Below, piece after piece: positions 1-14,010 of a DNA stretch of 64,000 nucleotides (the first letter of the stretch is position 1; each line of letters starts with the position of its first letter). A model generated the notes under the pieces. That model was not told where the DNA came from and did no database searches. It saw only the letters and a list, made by a program, of their open reading frames with translations. A program made the position numbers and the translations under genes. Origin of the DNA: Octopus sinensis (lineage: Eukaryota). Where the stretch lies: the NCBI RefSeq assembly GCF_006345805.1, contig NC_043000.1, forward strand, positions 99,200,001 to 99,264,000, read 5' to 3'.

Positions 1-258
1 CTTTTTTAAGCCCCACATTTGGGTTACCTCTGTTTCCAGATCTTTGTATTTTGTGAGATTTTCCATTCCTTCAAGAGTTACATTTTCACCGGTTGGAAAT
101 CATACATCGATTAGAAGGCATTTTTCTTAATGATCTCTGACAACTATATCCGGTCTATTAGCCTTGATTTCTCCAACTGTGTGTATTGTCTTATCTCAGA
201 GTATGGTTGCTTTGTTTTTTTCTGAAACCTTTTCTGGGGAGTGCCTATACCATCTCTT
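1..258 (-). mobile_element. R4/Dong-type non-LTR retrotransposon, restriction-like endonuclease (RLE) fragment
   Basis: Manual minus-strand translation: WYRHSPEKV..KATIL*DKTIHTVGEIKANRPDIVVRDH*EKCLLIDV*FP...KYKDLETEVTQMWGLKK. This contains the RPD..D..K PD-(D/E)xK signature, with stops. Confidence 0.75.
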
Positions 259-264
259 TTTTCA

Positions 265-641
265 AATTATTTTTATTATTATTATTTTCACATACACTCA
301 ACAGATTAGACTTTTGGAAAAGAAAACATCCTAACATCGGGCTACAACAAGTAACCTTAGATACCAAGAACCCTCCTAAGTATCGTAGCTGTCCCTAATA
401 TAGCTGTTTTCTGGAGCTGTACTAAACTGGGTTTTATGCATATTTCCTCTATCCACCTGTTCAGATCTTTAGTGATAGTTCCCAATGCACCTATAACTAC
501 AAGGACACAGTTCACCCACACTTTCCATAGTCTCTGTAATTCAATTGCTAAGTCTTGGTAGTTTGCTGTTTTTCTATACCTCTCATATTGACTTTTTTCA
601 TCATTTGGAACTGTAAGGTCAATTATCTGACACTTTTATCA

Positions 642-691
<50 letters not shown>

Positions 692-1860
692 AACGACTAC
701 TACTACTACTACTACTACTACTACACTACTACTACTAAATCAAGCCTTCTAGCTTTTGTTAGCCGGTCAGTCTGAATGTTAAAATCCCACAACATCTTGT
801 TTTCCTTACTTTCTAGCACTTTACTAGGTTCACGTTCATACCATTTGTCAGTATGTCCAAATCCTAGCTTTCTACATAAATCACCGTGGATTACTCTCCG
901 TAGATTGTCATGTTTTTTCTTGTATTCTTTCTGTGTCAGCATGCTACATACGCTTACTATATGAGTAACGCTTTCCTCTTTTGATTTGCATAATCTACTT
1001 AGTTTTTGTCTATCTTGGCTTTTATCCAATTAATGCTTGATCTTGTGCGGCTACTAACAAACTTTCTGTTTCCCTTTTCAGCTTTCCTTTCTGCAACCAT
1101 AGCCATGTCTCACTACTGCTATGTGCTGCAAATATCTTTGGGAATATACCATGCAACGCCTTCTCCTGTCAGTCACTTAATTTCTGTTGTTTTTTCTGGT
1201 TTTTAACTTCGTTCGGGTTTTTGGTTTCCCTATGTTTTGCCGTGATTCTAGCAACTTTTAATAAACGTTCTTCCCTATTACCTACATATGCGTCTATATC
1301 TACTCTAGCTAACTTCACACAGTCTTCTACTGATATTAACCCTCTTCCGCCTTCTTTTCTAGGTAAGTATAATCTTGCTACCCCAGCCCTTGGGTGTAGT
1401 CCTCCATTCATATTGAATTCCTTCCTAGTTCTTCTGTCTAGCCTTGCTAATTCAGTTTTTGTCCAATCTATAAAAACTGCTGAGTATCTAAATGATGATA
1501 CTACCCAAGTATTTACAGCCTTCACTAGAATCTGACCATTTAGCTTTGACTTCATTAGCTTCCTCACTCTTCTGATGTACACCTCAATTCTCGATTTTAT
1601 TTCTATAGTTAGATTCTAATACTCTTAGATACTTGCAACTCTCTCCTCTTTTCAATAATTTTAATGTCTGGCTATCTGATACTTGGATGCCTTCGCACTT
1701 GACTACCTATCCCCTTCTCATGACTAATATTGCACACTTATCTGTGCCAAATTCCATGTCTATATCTTTGCTGAAGAGTCTTACAGCCTGTATTAAGGAA
1801 TCTAATTCTTTTTCATTCTTACTAAAAAGTTTCAGATCATCCATGTAGAGCAAATTGTTA
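265..1860 (-). mobile_element. 5'-truncated R4/Dong-type non-LTR retrotransposon (RT C-terminal half + CCHC + RLE), decayed
   Basis: LYMDDLKLF at 1836-1847. LYLPRKEGGRGLISVED in ORF 1169-1582. C..E+V.HI+S.C..L...Y..HD and LWDFNIQTD in ORF 721-1029. IIDLTVP..KYQDLAIELQRLW..VVIGALG..LQKTAILGTATILRRVL at about 330-630. (TAA)n-like tail at about 265-287. Confidence 0.9.
642..737. repeat. (ACT)n/(TAG)n microsatellite inside the RLE coding region
   Basis: About 30 triplets interrupt the D-L-V-V..V-D-K codons of the minus-strand element. Confidence 0.95.
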
Positions 1861-1867
1861 ATTGGTA

Positions 1868-1896
1868 ATGGCTGATGCTGCTGCTGCTGTTGTTGC

Positions 1897-1962
<66 letters not shown>

Positions 1963-2030
1963 CGTCGTTGTCGTTGTCGTCGTCGTCGTTGTTGTTGTTG
2001 TTGTTGCTACTGCTGCTGATGCTGTTGTTG
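1868..2030. repeat. Compound (GCT)n(GTT)n(GTC)n microsatellite
   Basis: Directly visible. Confidence 0.95.
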
Positions 2031-3389
2031 GACTCCCTATCACCGCTTCAACAAACGGGAGTTCAGCAGGACATAGCTGCACCACGTTCTCAGTTTGATG
2101 CTTTGCTGTGTCATGTCTTGTGGAAATAAAAAGTTTTCTGAATTCTTTAGACCTTGCTTCAGATGTTGCGATAGTGGTCATTTAGAGGAAGAAAGAGATT
2201 GGTTTTGGCTCAATGCTGGATTCATTTGTCCTTTAAGGTGATGATTCTGGTTGTCTCAAGTTCAGAAAGATCTTGGTAGCACGAGATTCTCAACCGACCT
2301 CTACTTAGTGCTACCAATTCCATGTTCTCAGATTTATCATGCAGATTTTCACACAGATCTTTAGTAGGTCCTTACAACGGAGCAGTGGGAGGCATTGGTG
2401 CCTGGCACCAGAGCTAAGTCGACCATAAAAGGGTACTTTGGACAAGTGACTTCTTCCATACGAAATACATGGTCAAGGCCCTTACTTAAACCTTGATAAG
2501 GAAACACTCTCTACTTAGTGTATCGCATATTCCATTGAGACGGCTTTTTCTAAATTATCTTTGAACGTACATAAATACATATACACACATGTCTAGATAA
2601 TGTGTGTGTCTGTGTGTGTGTGTGTGTGTGTGTAGTTCAAGGTTCAATCTCACTGTGGTACATTGGACAACTGATTTCTGCTTTAGCCTCAGGCAAACCA
2701 TGTTTTGTGAGTGGCATTAGATCAACAGAAACTATGGAGTAACTCGTGGTACATACATACGTTCATACATACATGCATGCATACATACAGTCATACATAC
2801 ATATATACATGCATACACATACAACACACATACGTAAATAATTACATATATACATACATACATACAAACATACATACATATATATAGACGTCAATCTGTG
2901 TCCTTTAATCCTCGGTGAAAGTCTTTGCCAGAAATGTCTGAAACACTTCCAACGGTATACTCAATAAACTTTTCTCTTGCATACGTATGTATATTCCCTG
3001 CGTGTGTGTGTATGCGTGTTCGTGTCTGTGTGTGTGTATGTGTGTGGTGTTTGTGTCTGTGTTTGTGCGTGTGAGTACATCAGCGAAAAATAAATCCATT
3101 TATTAGAAATTCATTGATAATACAGGCGCGTTCAAAAGAAAATATCTTCTGATATATATTCAGTGCAGGCTACACAAACACTCCCTCGTCATTTATCCTT
3201 TTCATTGAATAGTGATTATCTCGCTACCAACCTGTTCACAAAATGCAGATATACAACTTGAAAATGATATTTTGCAGAAAATATATTCTGTGTGTGTGTG
3301 TGTAATGAGAGAGTTATTGAGATTATGTCTGTATCTATCTAATCTATCTCTATATATGTGTGTGTGAATGTATAATATATATGTGTACT

Positions 3390-3451
<62 letters not shown>

Positions 3452-3665
3452 CGTATGTCTGCATGCATGTGTGCACTTGGTAACTTTTTCACGTTCACAT
3501 TTTCATATTTTCGTCATCCTAACTCACGATTGTGATGAGCTTAGCGGAATATTATGGTAGTACTGAAAATTGGCTTATATAATAATAGGCATATTCAGTG
3601 TACGCCATTTTTGTTCATATATACATACATACATACATACATACATACATACATACATACATACA

Positions 3666-3699
<34 letters not shown>

Positions 3700-5801
3700 C
3701 ATATACAATAGGATCTTCGAGCTCAGATGATGAATTATTATAAGTGAGTGAGATATAATATATAGCATTCAATACAGCAGATGCACCTTTTAACTCCTTA
3801 TATATGTCTGGCCTTACTCGAAAACAACTACAGCGAAACTGTTAAGATTCTATAAGATTGAAATAGAGAGCCATCAAATTTAAGACCGACCTGCGAATTA
3901 TAATTTCAAGGTTGTTTTCAAGACAAGCCTAATTTTGTTTTTATTTAAATAAACATAGACTTCAAATAATATCAAAAATTTATATTAATACCACTGGGGA
4001 ATTAAATAATTCAATATTTCCTTTGAACGAAAGTTTATACGAAAAATATGTTATTAAATTTACTTATTGATTTATGAAAAACCATACTTTGCCTTCTTTC
4101 AATTCATTTATTGTTGCCCTATATGGTACTTTAAACAATTTTACTAAACTACTAAAGCAATATATTTATTTCCTCTTATATTTAAAGAATTTTTTTTCAT
4201 ATAAACTGGTTCGTATATTCTGTCTTAATTATTCGAAAATAAAACCAGTTTCTAGGAAAGATGTAATCAACTGCAAGCTGATTGTCATGATTCTATTCAA
4301 CGCAACTCTAAACATATATATTTCCATTAAATTTATTATAAATACTTGATTTCATTTGAATCGTTAGTTTCGCGTTCATTCATGTCTGTAATTGGAAGAG
4401 ATGTGATCATGTGGTCTATTGTAACGTTCTCGTATTTTCCAAAGGGATTAACGTTAAAAGAACTAAATGAACAAGAAAAAAAATGAAATGAACAAGAAAA
4501 AAAACGAAACCAGCACGCTGTCGTCGTCTCCCAAGATCATATCTTGTAAATCGCCATGCATGTGACAGAATCGTCATAAATATTAGCTTCTTAAAGAAAT
4601 TACAAACATTGTTTACATGTTGGAAACTGAATGCAAAGGGAAGTGTTAGATTTATCACTTTCCTAAAGGCATTGAAGAAAGGAAAGTCTTACAGAATGCT
4701 TGTTTCATGATGCTTCGCACTCTCTACAAATGTATTATGAAGATTGAAATTTTAATTTACTTTTTATTTATTAAACACATCCCTTTTCGTTCCCTTAATA
4801 TCAATGGAACGTTACTTATTTAACCCCGTATTATAGATATAATATAAAGCAGTTCTTGTCATCACTGTAAGAGGCATATAAATTGGTCGGGACGGACATA
4901 TGACCAGAGATTTTCCTCTTTTGCAGGCTACCAATGTTTTTCAAGGAAAAGTTGCATGTGTGTATGTGTATGTGTGTGCACGCGCGCGTGTGAGCGAGTA
5001 CATATATGTATTTCGTTTTACTAACAAGAGAAAATGAACTCAAAACGTAAGGCGGAGTATATATACATTTTATTTGCTGAGAGATTGTGACAGGAATGAA
5101 TCGATGTCCTGGAGTTTTATTCCTAGAGCTATGACGAAGTTCTGATTTTAAAAAAACAAGTGCTGTTTATATAGTGTTTGAAATGAGACGATTTTAGTAT
5201 GAAATTCCAAGCCTTTGAGTCAATCCTGTATAAACATCATGTAAAATTAGATTATGTACACGTATATGTATATGTGCGTGTGTGTGCGCATGCGTGTGTG
5301 TGCGCATGCGTGTGTGTGCGCATGCGTGTGTGTGTGACTGGAAAAATAATAATTAAAAGATGAGCTATTCTTTTTTACACTACAGTTTTTGTTTTTTTTT
5401 TCTAAAGTATATCATTACAATCAAATGATTTCAAAATACAATAACATGCTTTGGAAAACAGATTATCACAATCAAATTATTTCACATTATTACATCTTCC
5501 AAAATATCACATCATATCCAAAGCACATTACTAAAATCAAATTATTTCAAGATTATGTATTCCAAAGTACATAATTACAATATTGTTTTTCCATTCTACC
5601 GACATGTGCGGGTTATTTTAAACATTTTGATTTATGTATATGTATGTGTTTTATACACACACTCACACACACATATAGGTGCAAGCGTAGCTGTGTGGTA
5701 AGAAGCGCTTGTTTCCCTATCACATGGTTCTAGGTTCAGTCTTACTGCGTGGTACCTTGGGCAAGTGTCTTCTACTATAGAAAGAAACTGAAAGAAGCCC
5801 G

Positions 5802-5866
<65 letters not shown>

Positions 5867-6315
5867 TGTATAATTTTTATTCGAGACAAAACCACTATTT
5901 TGCAAATCAAACAAGGAAAGACTTAATCAATACATAAAAAATTTTAATATAATAATATATATAATATTTTACTATAAAATTGGATTTAATCCTAAATCTG
6001 ATTTTTTCCCTGTAATTTTGGATTTATTCCCTAATATTTATTATTATAAAATATATGTATATATATTTGTGTGTCTTCGTGCTTGTCCTCCCACCATGCA
6101 GAAAGTTATTACAAACAACATGACCGGATACAACATCAACAACAACACAATCGAGGAACAGAACGAAAGCAACAACTCAACGGGAAAACAAATTCTTTCT
6201 AGCTCTAGTTATAGACGAAACCGTAACTACAAAACTTACATACATATATACATACATACATACATACATACATACATACACACACATACATACATACATA
6301 CATACATACATACAT

Positions 6316-6348
<33 letters not shown>

Positions 6349-6414
6349 TACATACATACATACATACATAAATACATACATACATACATACATACATACA
6401 TACATACATAGGCA

Positions 6415-6810
6415 CTCATAATAAAGAGTATTGTGGGAATGTCTCATGAAAACCTCAAGAAAATGAAAACATAATACACCTGACATAGTGATTTGGGAAA
6501 AAGACAAACTGTGTAGAGTAGTAGAAATCAGCTTCCCAGTAGATGTTAACATAAGACTAAAGATTAATAAGAAAGAAAATACCTGCGCTAAACGATTGAA
6601 AAATCTACTATTACTCTACCCAGATTACAAGTTCAGGTTTATACTTGTAATTATTGGGGCACTGGTGTATGTAATACACAGCCTAAGTACTAATCTTGAG
6701 AAACTAAGCTTCGCTTCTCAAAGCCAGAAAGGAAAAAGCTGATTCGAAGACTACAGATTCAAGCCTCCATTGGAACTGTAAAAATTTGCAATATTTTCCA
6801 TGCATATAGT
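6415..6810 (+). mobile_element. 3' RLE fragment of a second R4/Dong-like family
   Basis: PDIVIWEKDKLCRVVEISFPVDVNI...YPDYKFRFILVIIGAL...LQIQASIGTVKIC (ORF 6488-6742 and flanks). Confidence 0.7.
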
Positions 6811-8416
6811 TGCATGTCTTTGCAGAAATTCATTTATATGCATACATGCATACAACAAAAAATATAAAGCTGCATATGCATTGATTCTAAATACATGCAA
6901 AAATAGCATTGATGTTGTTGAAATTTCAGTGATCTGAGTTAGAAACGGCTTCGTTCTTTACTGGCAAGAAACCTTGAAATTAAACTGAATAATGATATGC
7001 ATACATACATACATACATACATACATACATACATACATACATACATACATACATACATGCATGCATACATACACGCATTCATACAAACTACTCCAGTTGA
7101 TTTTCGATATAAGCTAATGAAATTAGCTTATATAGAAACTAGAAACCAGCTTTCTCTTTTGCTGAAAAATTTGAAAAAAATCTAACCAGGAAAACATACA
7201 CACATACTTACGCTCATACACGCACGCGCACACATACATACAAACAAACAAACATACATACATACATACATACATACATACATACATACATACATACATA
7301 CATACATACATACATACATAAGCACACACATATACATACATACACACATTCATAAATACATCATCATGCTTAAATACATACATACATACATACATACATA
7401 CATACATACATACATACATACATACATACATACATACATACATACATACATACATGCATGCATACATAGCCGATATCCAAATTCCAATGCAGCCTTGTTT
7501 TTACGATAGCGACCGATTTTAATAAATGAGAAATTTAGAAAGCAAATCAAACAGAAGCATGCATATACATATTTCCCCGCATATATATATTAGTAAATCG
7601 TAGGAACAAAATCCATTTAATGCATAATGCATATGAGATTAATTATTTAATGTATAAAGACATTATTTACTTAGGCACAAAGGGTTGTTTATTTAATGTG
7701 CATTACCACATAGAGAGACTTCATAATATCTAAGAGTAAAACAGAGGATTGATTGAGTTGGCTAAATGCTTTTTCCAAGAAGAATTTGACCTTGTATTAG
7801 AAGCGAACGAGTGCCTGACTAATTAGTGAACAGCGTTTAAGTGTCGTCTGTCTTATATTCTGAATTATAAACCCTATTAGCTTTTGACTTGGTTTCTCTT
7901 CAGTCAGAGGACATACGAGGGTCGATTAGAATATTAAAAATAAGTATCAGTGATGTAGGATGGCTGAGGCAATCGTTTATTGATTTTATATTTGATATGT
8001 ACTGTAAGGAGAAGAGTTCGCAGATTCTTTAGCGTGTCGTACAAAATGCTCAATTATTGTACAAAGGATTCGAAGTATTAGTCGAACACTAGAGTTAATA
8101 TAATTGATGAACCCCCTTCTCCCGAAATTGCTGGCCTTGTGCCAAAATTTGAAATTAATATTTATACTGAAATAAATCCTAGCAATTATGCTACTTCATA
8201 GATATATCGTATACATAACCTATTTTTTAAAATCAAAAATTAGGTTGAAAAATACAAGTTTTTTATACATGGATATTATATTACGGAGATGTACTTGCAT
8301 AACAAGTGACCTGATCTGAGATCGTGTGCTGAAAAAGAAAACAACTGAAGCGCGTGGAAGGTGCTTGTGGGCCATTTAGGGACACACAGAAACCGTTGGA
8401 TTCACTTCAACATTAG

Positions 8417-8688
8417 GCGCAGGACATGCTGTGTGGTAAGTAGCCTGCTTACCAACCACATGGTTCTGGGTTCAGTCCCACTGTGTGACACCTTTGGCAA
8501 GTGTCTTCTACTATAGCCTCAGGCCGACCAAAGCCTTGTGAGTCGATTTGGTAGACAGAAACTGAAAGAACCTCATCGTATATATATATATACTAATATA
8601 GGATGAAGTTTTTTTACAGAAAAAAATTCCATCAAAACATGTGGCAGCATATAAAAATACCTTTAAGGTTAAAATTATAATTTTAACC

Positions 8689-8751
<63 letters not shown>

Positions 8752-9040
8752 TATATATATTGTGTGTGTGTATGTATGTATGTATGTATGTATGTATGTA
8801 TGTATGTATGTATGTATGTATGTATGTATGTATGCATTTGTGTGTATGTGTGTCCCAACATTGCTTGACAACCGATGCTGGTGTGTTTACGTCCCCGTAA
8901 CTTAGCGGTTCGGCAAAAAAACGATAGAATAAGTACTAGGCTTACAAAGAATAAGTCCTGGGGTCGATTTGCTCGATTAAAGGTCGTGCCCCAGCATGGC
9001 CTCAGTCAAATGACTGAAACAAATAAAAGAATAAAAGAAT
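8417..9040 (+). mobile_element. tRNA-headed CORE-type SINE (family A) with expanded internal microsatellite and insert
   Basis: Head ggcgcaggacatgctgtgtggtaag..ggttcagtccc..ggcaagtgtcttc, then (TA)n/(TGTA)n, then tail gcttgacaaccgatgctggtg..gactgaaacaaataaaag. Confidence 0.85.
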
Positions 9041-9834
9041 ATTTATTTTTGTAACCACCAACTGGATAGTGTGCTGGAAGCTACAGTTATGGAAATTAGA
9101 AAGACCAATTTAGTTCTATTTAAATGTATGAATACTTCAAAAAACATTAAACTACTATTCTCTCTAGTCAGGAAAAAGACCAACTGCTCACTGATGGAAC
9201 GGCAAAGGAAATTGAAGCCCGCCAAATCAATCTCTGCTTTGCCGCTCACAAAGAGAAAAATATGCAGTATAATCAGAGTATTTTTCAAAGCGAGACTATA
9301 AACGTGTTTGTAGAACAACACCTCACCATAAGTTTAGTGTTTTGTTTAGTGTTGGCAACTATTCAAAGGTCAGTAGTCCATTATATTTTGATATAGTAAC
9401 GAATATTTTTCGTTATGGGTTGTCATGCTTTAGCTCTTCCGCAGTGGTTTGAATAATCGGAAACATAAAACTTAGTACAGTGATTAAATAAGTTTTTTGC
9501 AAAATATACAAACTCTATGTATTCAGTAATTTTCTTTCGTAGACAATCGTTTATCCATCAAACAGGCAATTGATCAATCAATCAATATGTATATTTGTGT
9601 CGTTGTATGAATAAAAGTGTCTGTGTATAAGCGATGTGTATAGTTGTATCTATGCATATACATGTTTACACGTGTGTGTATATATATGTATGTGTGTGAC
9701 TGATCATGTGTGTGTCTATATGCATATATATGTGTGTGTATGTATGTATGTATGTATATATGTATATTATATATATATATATATGAGAAGGGTGGCTTAA
9801 TCGCAATTCTACAACAGAAAGGCAGAAATATATA

Positions 9835-9940
9835 CGTCGCTAAAGTGACTAAGGACGCTAGTTTTGTGGATATGAGCTGCTTTAACTTCTATTTCTAGCA
9901 ATACTGGTGCTGACTAGCGCTCTTAGTCACTTTAGTAACG
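9835..9940. mobile_element. 106-bp MITE-like element with 28-bp imperfect TIRs and TA flanks
   Basis: cgtcgctaaagtgactaaggacgctagt versus the reverse complement of actagcgctcttagtcactttagtaacg (4 mismatches). TA on both sides. Confidence 0.6.
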
Positions 9941-10354
9941 TATATATATATATTATATATATATATATATTATATATATATATATATATTATTATATATA
10001 TATAATATTATATATAATATATATATAATAATATATATATATATATGCATATGGGAGTATATGCATAGGCCTATATTTATGCATACTCATTCATCACAAT
10101 GCCAGAATATACGAGTAAATACATGCGCATCTGTTTCCAGATATATGTACACATACATGCACACAGCATACGCGCGTGCACGCATATAATATGTGTAGAA
10201 TGGCAATCTTTATATCTTATTTAACATGGATGTATAATTAGAACGCCGATTACCACGGTTTTCCCTTTGAAAGACCCTCTCATTCAGATGTACGATGCGA
10301 AGAGCACGTACATATTTTGTAGCAGACGAGAACGGTTTGGTATGGGCACCGGAA

Positions 10355-10400
10355 CTGCTAAATCAAGAGGTTTCAGCGCACTGCACTTCCTCAGTGGCAG
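10355..10400 (-). ncRNA. Decayed type I hammerhead ribozyme
   Basis: Minus strand: ctgcca CTGAGGA agtgc-agt-gcgct GAAA cc-tctt-ga tt tagcag. Core intact; one mismatch in stem I and one in stem III. Confidence 0.55.
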
Positions 10401-10576
10401 CCGTTCGGTTGCCGCATATCAGCCAAATCTCACTGCCAGCGATATATAGAATAATAACGATTTTTAAGTCATCGATGTCGCAAATAGCCAGTTTGTAAAG
10501 ACATAAATATTAGCGGCGGAAGAGTATTAAAACCGAATGGCAATCTTAATATCCTACTCATCGTGGATGTATAATT

Positions 10577-10609
<33 letters not shown>

Positions 10610-10614
<5 letters not shown>

Positions 10615-11522
10615 ACATATGCGGAATATTCTGTCTGTGGGTGTGTTTGTGGAATTGTTAGCTAACTCCTCCCACATCGCTTTATCGATTTTGATGAAAC
10701 TTGACAAGTGAGTAGAACCCATGTCTGGAAATCTTATGGCATACTCAGATTGTTGGAAAAAATTGATAATAGGGCCATGGAAGGGATTCTTATATACCTC
10801 TAATATATTTCATTTTAACAGCCAAGGGAAATAACCCATTCACCCAGATTTTAGCGCCCAGGGGAAATAACCCATTCATTTCCCTAAATCATTTGGTATA
10901 AATCAAATTGAGTATGCGTATTTCTTAGTATTTGAACTGTTAGAGTTATTTCTGCAATTTATCCAGTACAACCCATAAACAAGTAAATAGTATTTTCTTA
11001 AACTATAGATCCACTTATTTCGGTTTGTGACTTATTCACGAATATACCAACACCAGCTCCACTGAGGGTAATATTCTCTGGGAACGCACAGAAGCCTCTT
11101 TCAGAGTTATTTACTTTCAATTGTTATTATCTCATAACTAATTAGCATTTTATTACGTAACATGCTTCACGATTTTAGTATACATACCTTATTAGTATTT
11201 CCTCCTAAGTTCTATATGCTCTGGGAACGCATTAAAGCCCTTTTCGGAGCTACTTTATTTGAATTCTTACTATTTATTTAAATTCTTACTAACTAATTTC
11301 ATGTTATTACAAAACTGGCTTCACAATTTGACTATTCATAACATATTGGGAATTCTTAAAAATAAGATCCTGTGCAAGACAGTTCGGAATTCTCTGTAAA
11401 TGCACAAAAACCCTTTCAAGGGCTACATACTTTGTGTTGTTAATGGATTAGCGAAAAACTTATGAGAACGGAACCAAGGGATAATCCCCACTTACCCGGT
11501 AATTACCTGGTACGTCAGCTAG
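10610..11522 (+). mobile_element. Non-autonomous Helitron-like element
   Basis: 5' ctgtctgt..gattttgatgaaacttg motif. 3' hairpin cccggtaattacctgg followed by CTAG (11519-11522). 5' boundary approximate. Confidence 0.65.
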
Positions 11523-11536
11523 TATATCTATATCTA

Positions 11537-11579
<43 letters not shown>

Positions 11580-11603
11580 GTATATATATATATAATATAT
11601 ATA

Positions 11604-11684
<81 letters not shown>

Positions 11685-11685
<1 letters not shown>

Positions 11686-11990
11686 GAGGCGCAATGGCCC
11701 AGTGGTTAGGGCAGCGGACTTGCGGTCTTAGGATCGCGGTTTCGATTCCCAGACCAGGTGTTGTGAGTGTTTATTGAGCGAAAACACCTAAAGCTCCACG
11801 AGGCTCCGACAGGGGGTGGTGGCGACCCCTGCTGTACTCTTTCGCCACAACTTTCTCTCACTTTCTTCTGTTGGCCTGCTCGCTTAGCCAGCGGGGTGGC
11901 GTCATTTGAAGGCTAAAACAATGCGAAGTGCATTGTGACCAGCGATGTGTAGCAACATCTGATAGCCTGGTCGGTCACGGTGATCACGGT
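11685..11990 (+). mobile_element. tRNA-headed SINE (family C)
   Basis: ggaggcgcaatggcccagtggttagggcagcggac..ggtttcgattcccagacc carries A-box/B-box-like motifs. GC-rich body ends in tcacggtgatcacggtga, then (TA)n. Confidence 0.75.
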
Positions 11991-12891
11991 GATATATATA
12001 TATATACATATATAGTAGAAATATGTTACAAAAAGAAAATATAAAATACACGTGGAAATGTAAGAGTAAAATATGAAAAATCAAGGAAAATGCACATTGT
12101 AAATAAAAAAAAGGCTTTTAATGAAAGGTAACGACAAATATATACATTTAGATGGACTGGGGTAGTCATAAGAGTAATAAAAGTCATTATTATGAGATGA
12201 TTATAAGATGATAATAAAGTCAGAAAACAAGCGAACAAAGCGAAACTACATATATATATATATATATAGCCGCAAACACACAAAAAAATACACACATGCG
12301 AGAACACACGCATACCCTCATAATACATCTTTCTACTAGTTTCAGTTATTGAATTTCGGCCATGCTGGAGCACAGGTTTCAAGTCAATTAAATGGCTGTA
12401 TTTTGAGCGCATGCGTGTGTGCGTGTTTTAAGTGTGGTTTGTGTGTCTATGTGTGTGTTTCTGCTTGTGTGTATGTGTGCATGCGTACGTATGTATGTGT
12501 GTTTCTGTGTGTGTGTGTGTATGTGTGTGTGTGTGTGTGTATTCAAGTACTTTCCATGCGGAAACAAATACCAAGCATTTAACCACTCATCTCGTCGCAT
12601 ATTTTGCAGGTGTTTTCTTCTTTGTCTAATAAAGAACTTCATTTACCAAATTCTTGATATTTTCATTTCCGGTGCCGGCTAAATTATGTTTGCCACAAAA
12701 TCAGTCATCGGCTTGTGTAAAGTAGCTTCTGTATTTGTATAAATAACTTGTACTGTCTAACATATCCCATCTGGCATGCTGTTGTGTTCCCTACGCTGCC
12801 TGCATACATACATATATACATACACATATGTATACATATATATGCATGTTCAGTATGTGTATGCGTATATATATATATATATATATATATA

Positions 12892-12955
<64 letters not shown>

Positions 12956-12962
12956 CATTTAT

Positions 12963-13041
<79 letters not shown>

Positions 13042-13166
13042 CATATATACTCCCACGTACACACACGTTTTTCTACACGTTTCAGTTAGTTTACTTATGC
13101 CGTTGATCTGCTTTCAGACGGACTATATATGTACGCATTGTGTGCATATATGCGCGTGAATGTATT

Positions 13167-13228
<62 letters not shown>

Positions 13229-13844
13229 GTTACTCATACTTCCGTAAAATACCGCAAAGTAGTTAACGGTCATAGAAAAATATATAGGACAAGACATGGT
13301 TGTTTGGCTAAGAAGTTCGCTTTGCAACCGCATGCTTTCGGGTTCATTCCCACTGCATGGCATCTTGGGCAAGTGTCTTCTACTAGAGCCTTAGGACGAT
13401 TAATACTTTGTAAATATATTTGATAGATGGAAATTGTATTGAAGCTCATATATATGCGTGTGTATGTGCGTGTTCGTGTATATGTGTGAATACATTTGTT
13501 ATTCCCTCCCACCGATTGACAACTAGTGCTGGTTTGTTTATATCACTGTAAGATGGCGGTTCCGCAAGAATAAGAACGGCATAGAATAAGTACGAGACTT
13601 ACAAAATAAGTACCGGAGGAAATTTGATCGATTAAACTCTTCAAGCGGTTCCCTAACGTGGCTGTGGTCTAATAACTGAGACAAGTGACAGATGAAAGAC
13701 AAAAGTATGTTTTTGCTTGTTTCTAGTACTTTTTTGGTTTGGTTTTGCGTTTTACCCAGAATATTCTGAATTTTTTTCTTAATCAACAAGTTTTGAACTC
13801 TGTATAGTCGAGTGAGCTTTACAAAGCATTTTCTTTTCTACTCT

Positions 13845-14010
13845 AGGTACAAAGCCCGAAATTTTGGCGGAGGGGGTCAGTCGATTAGATCGACCACAGT
13901 ACGGGACTGGTACTTAATTTATCGACCCCGAAAGGATGAAAATCAAAATCGACCTCGGCGGAATTTGAACGTAAATACTGCTAAACATTTCGCCCGGCTC
14001 GCCGCCTTGT
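13845..14010 (-). mobile_element. SINE family B copy
   Basis: Reverse complement of the family B consensus (ggcgagc..gaaatg..ttcaaattccgccgaggtcgac..tttcatcctttcggggtcgataaattaagtaccag). Confidence 0.75.

Noticed and set aside
4380-4700. Unique-looking segment as promoter or exon
   Set aside because: No consistent splice sites, motif or homology I could support.
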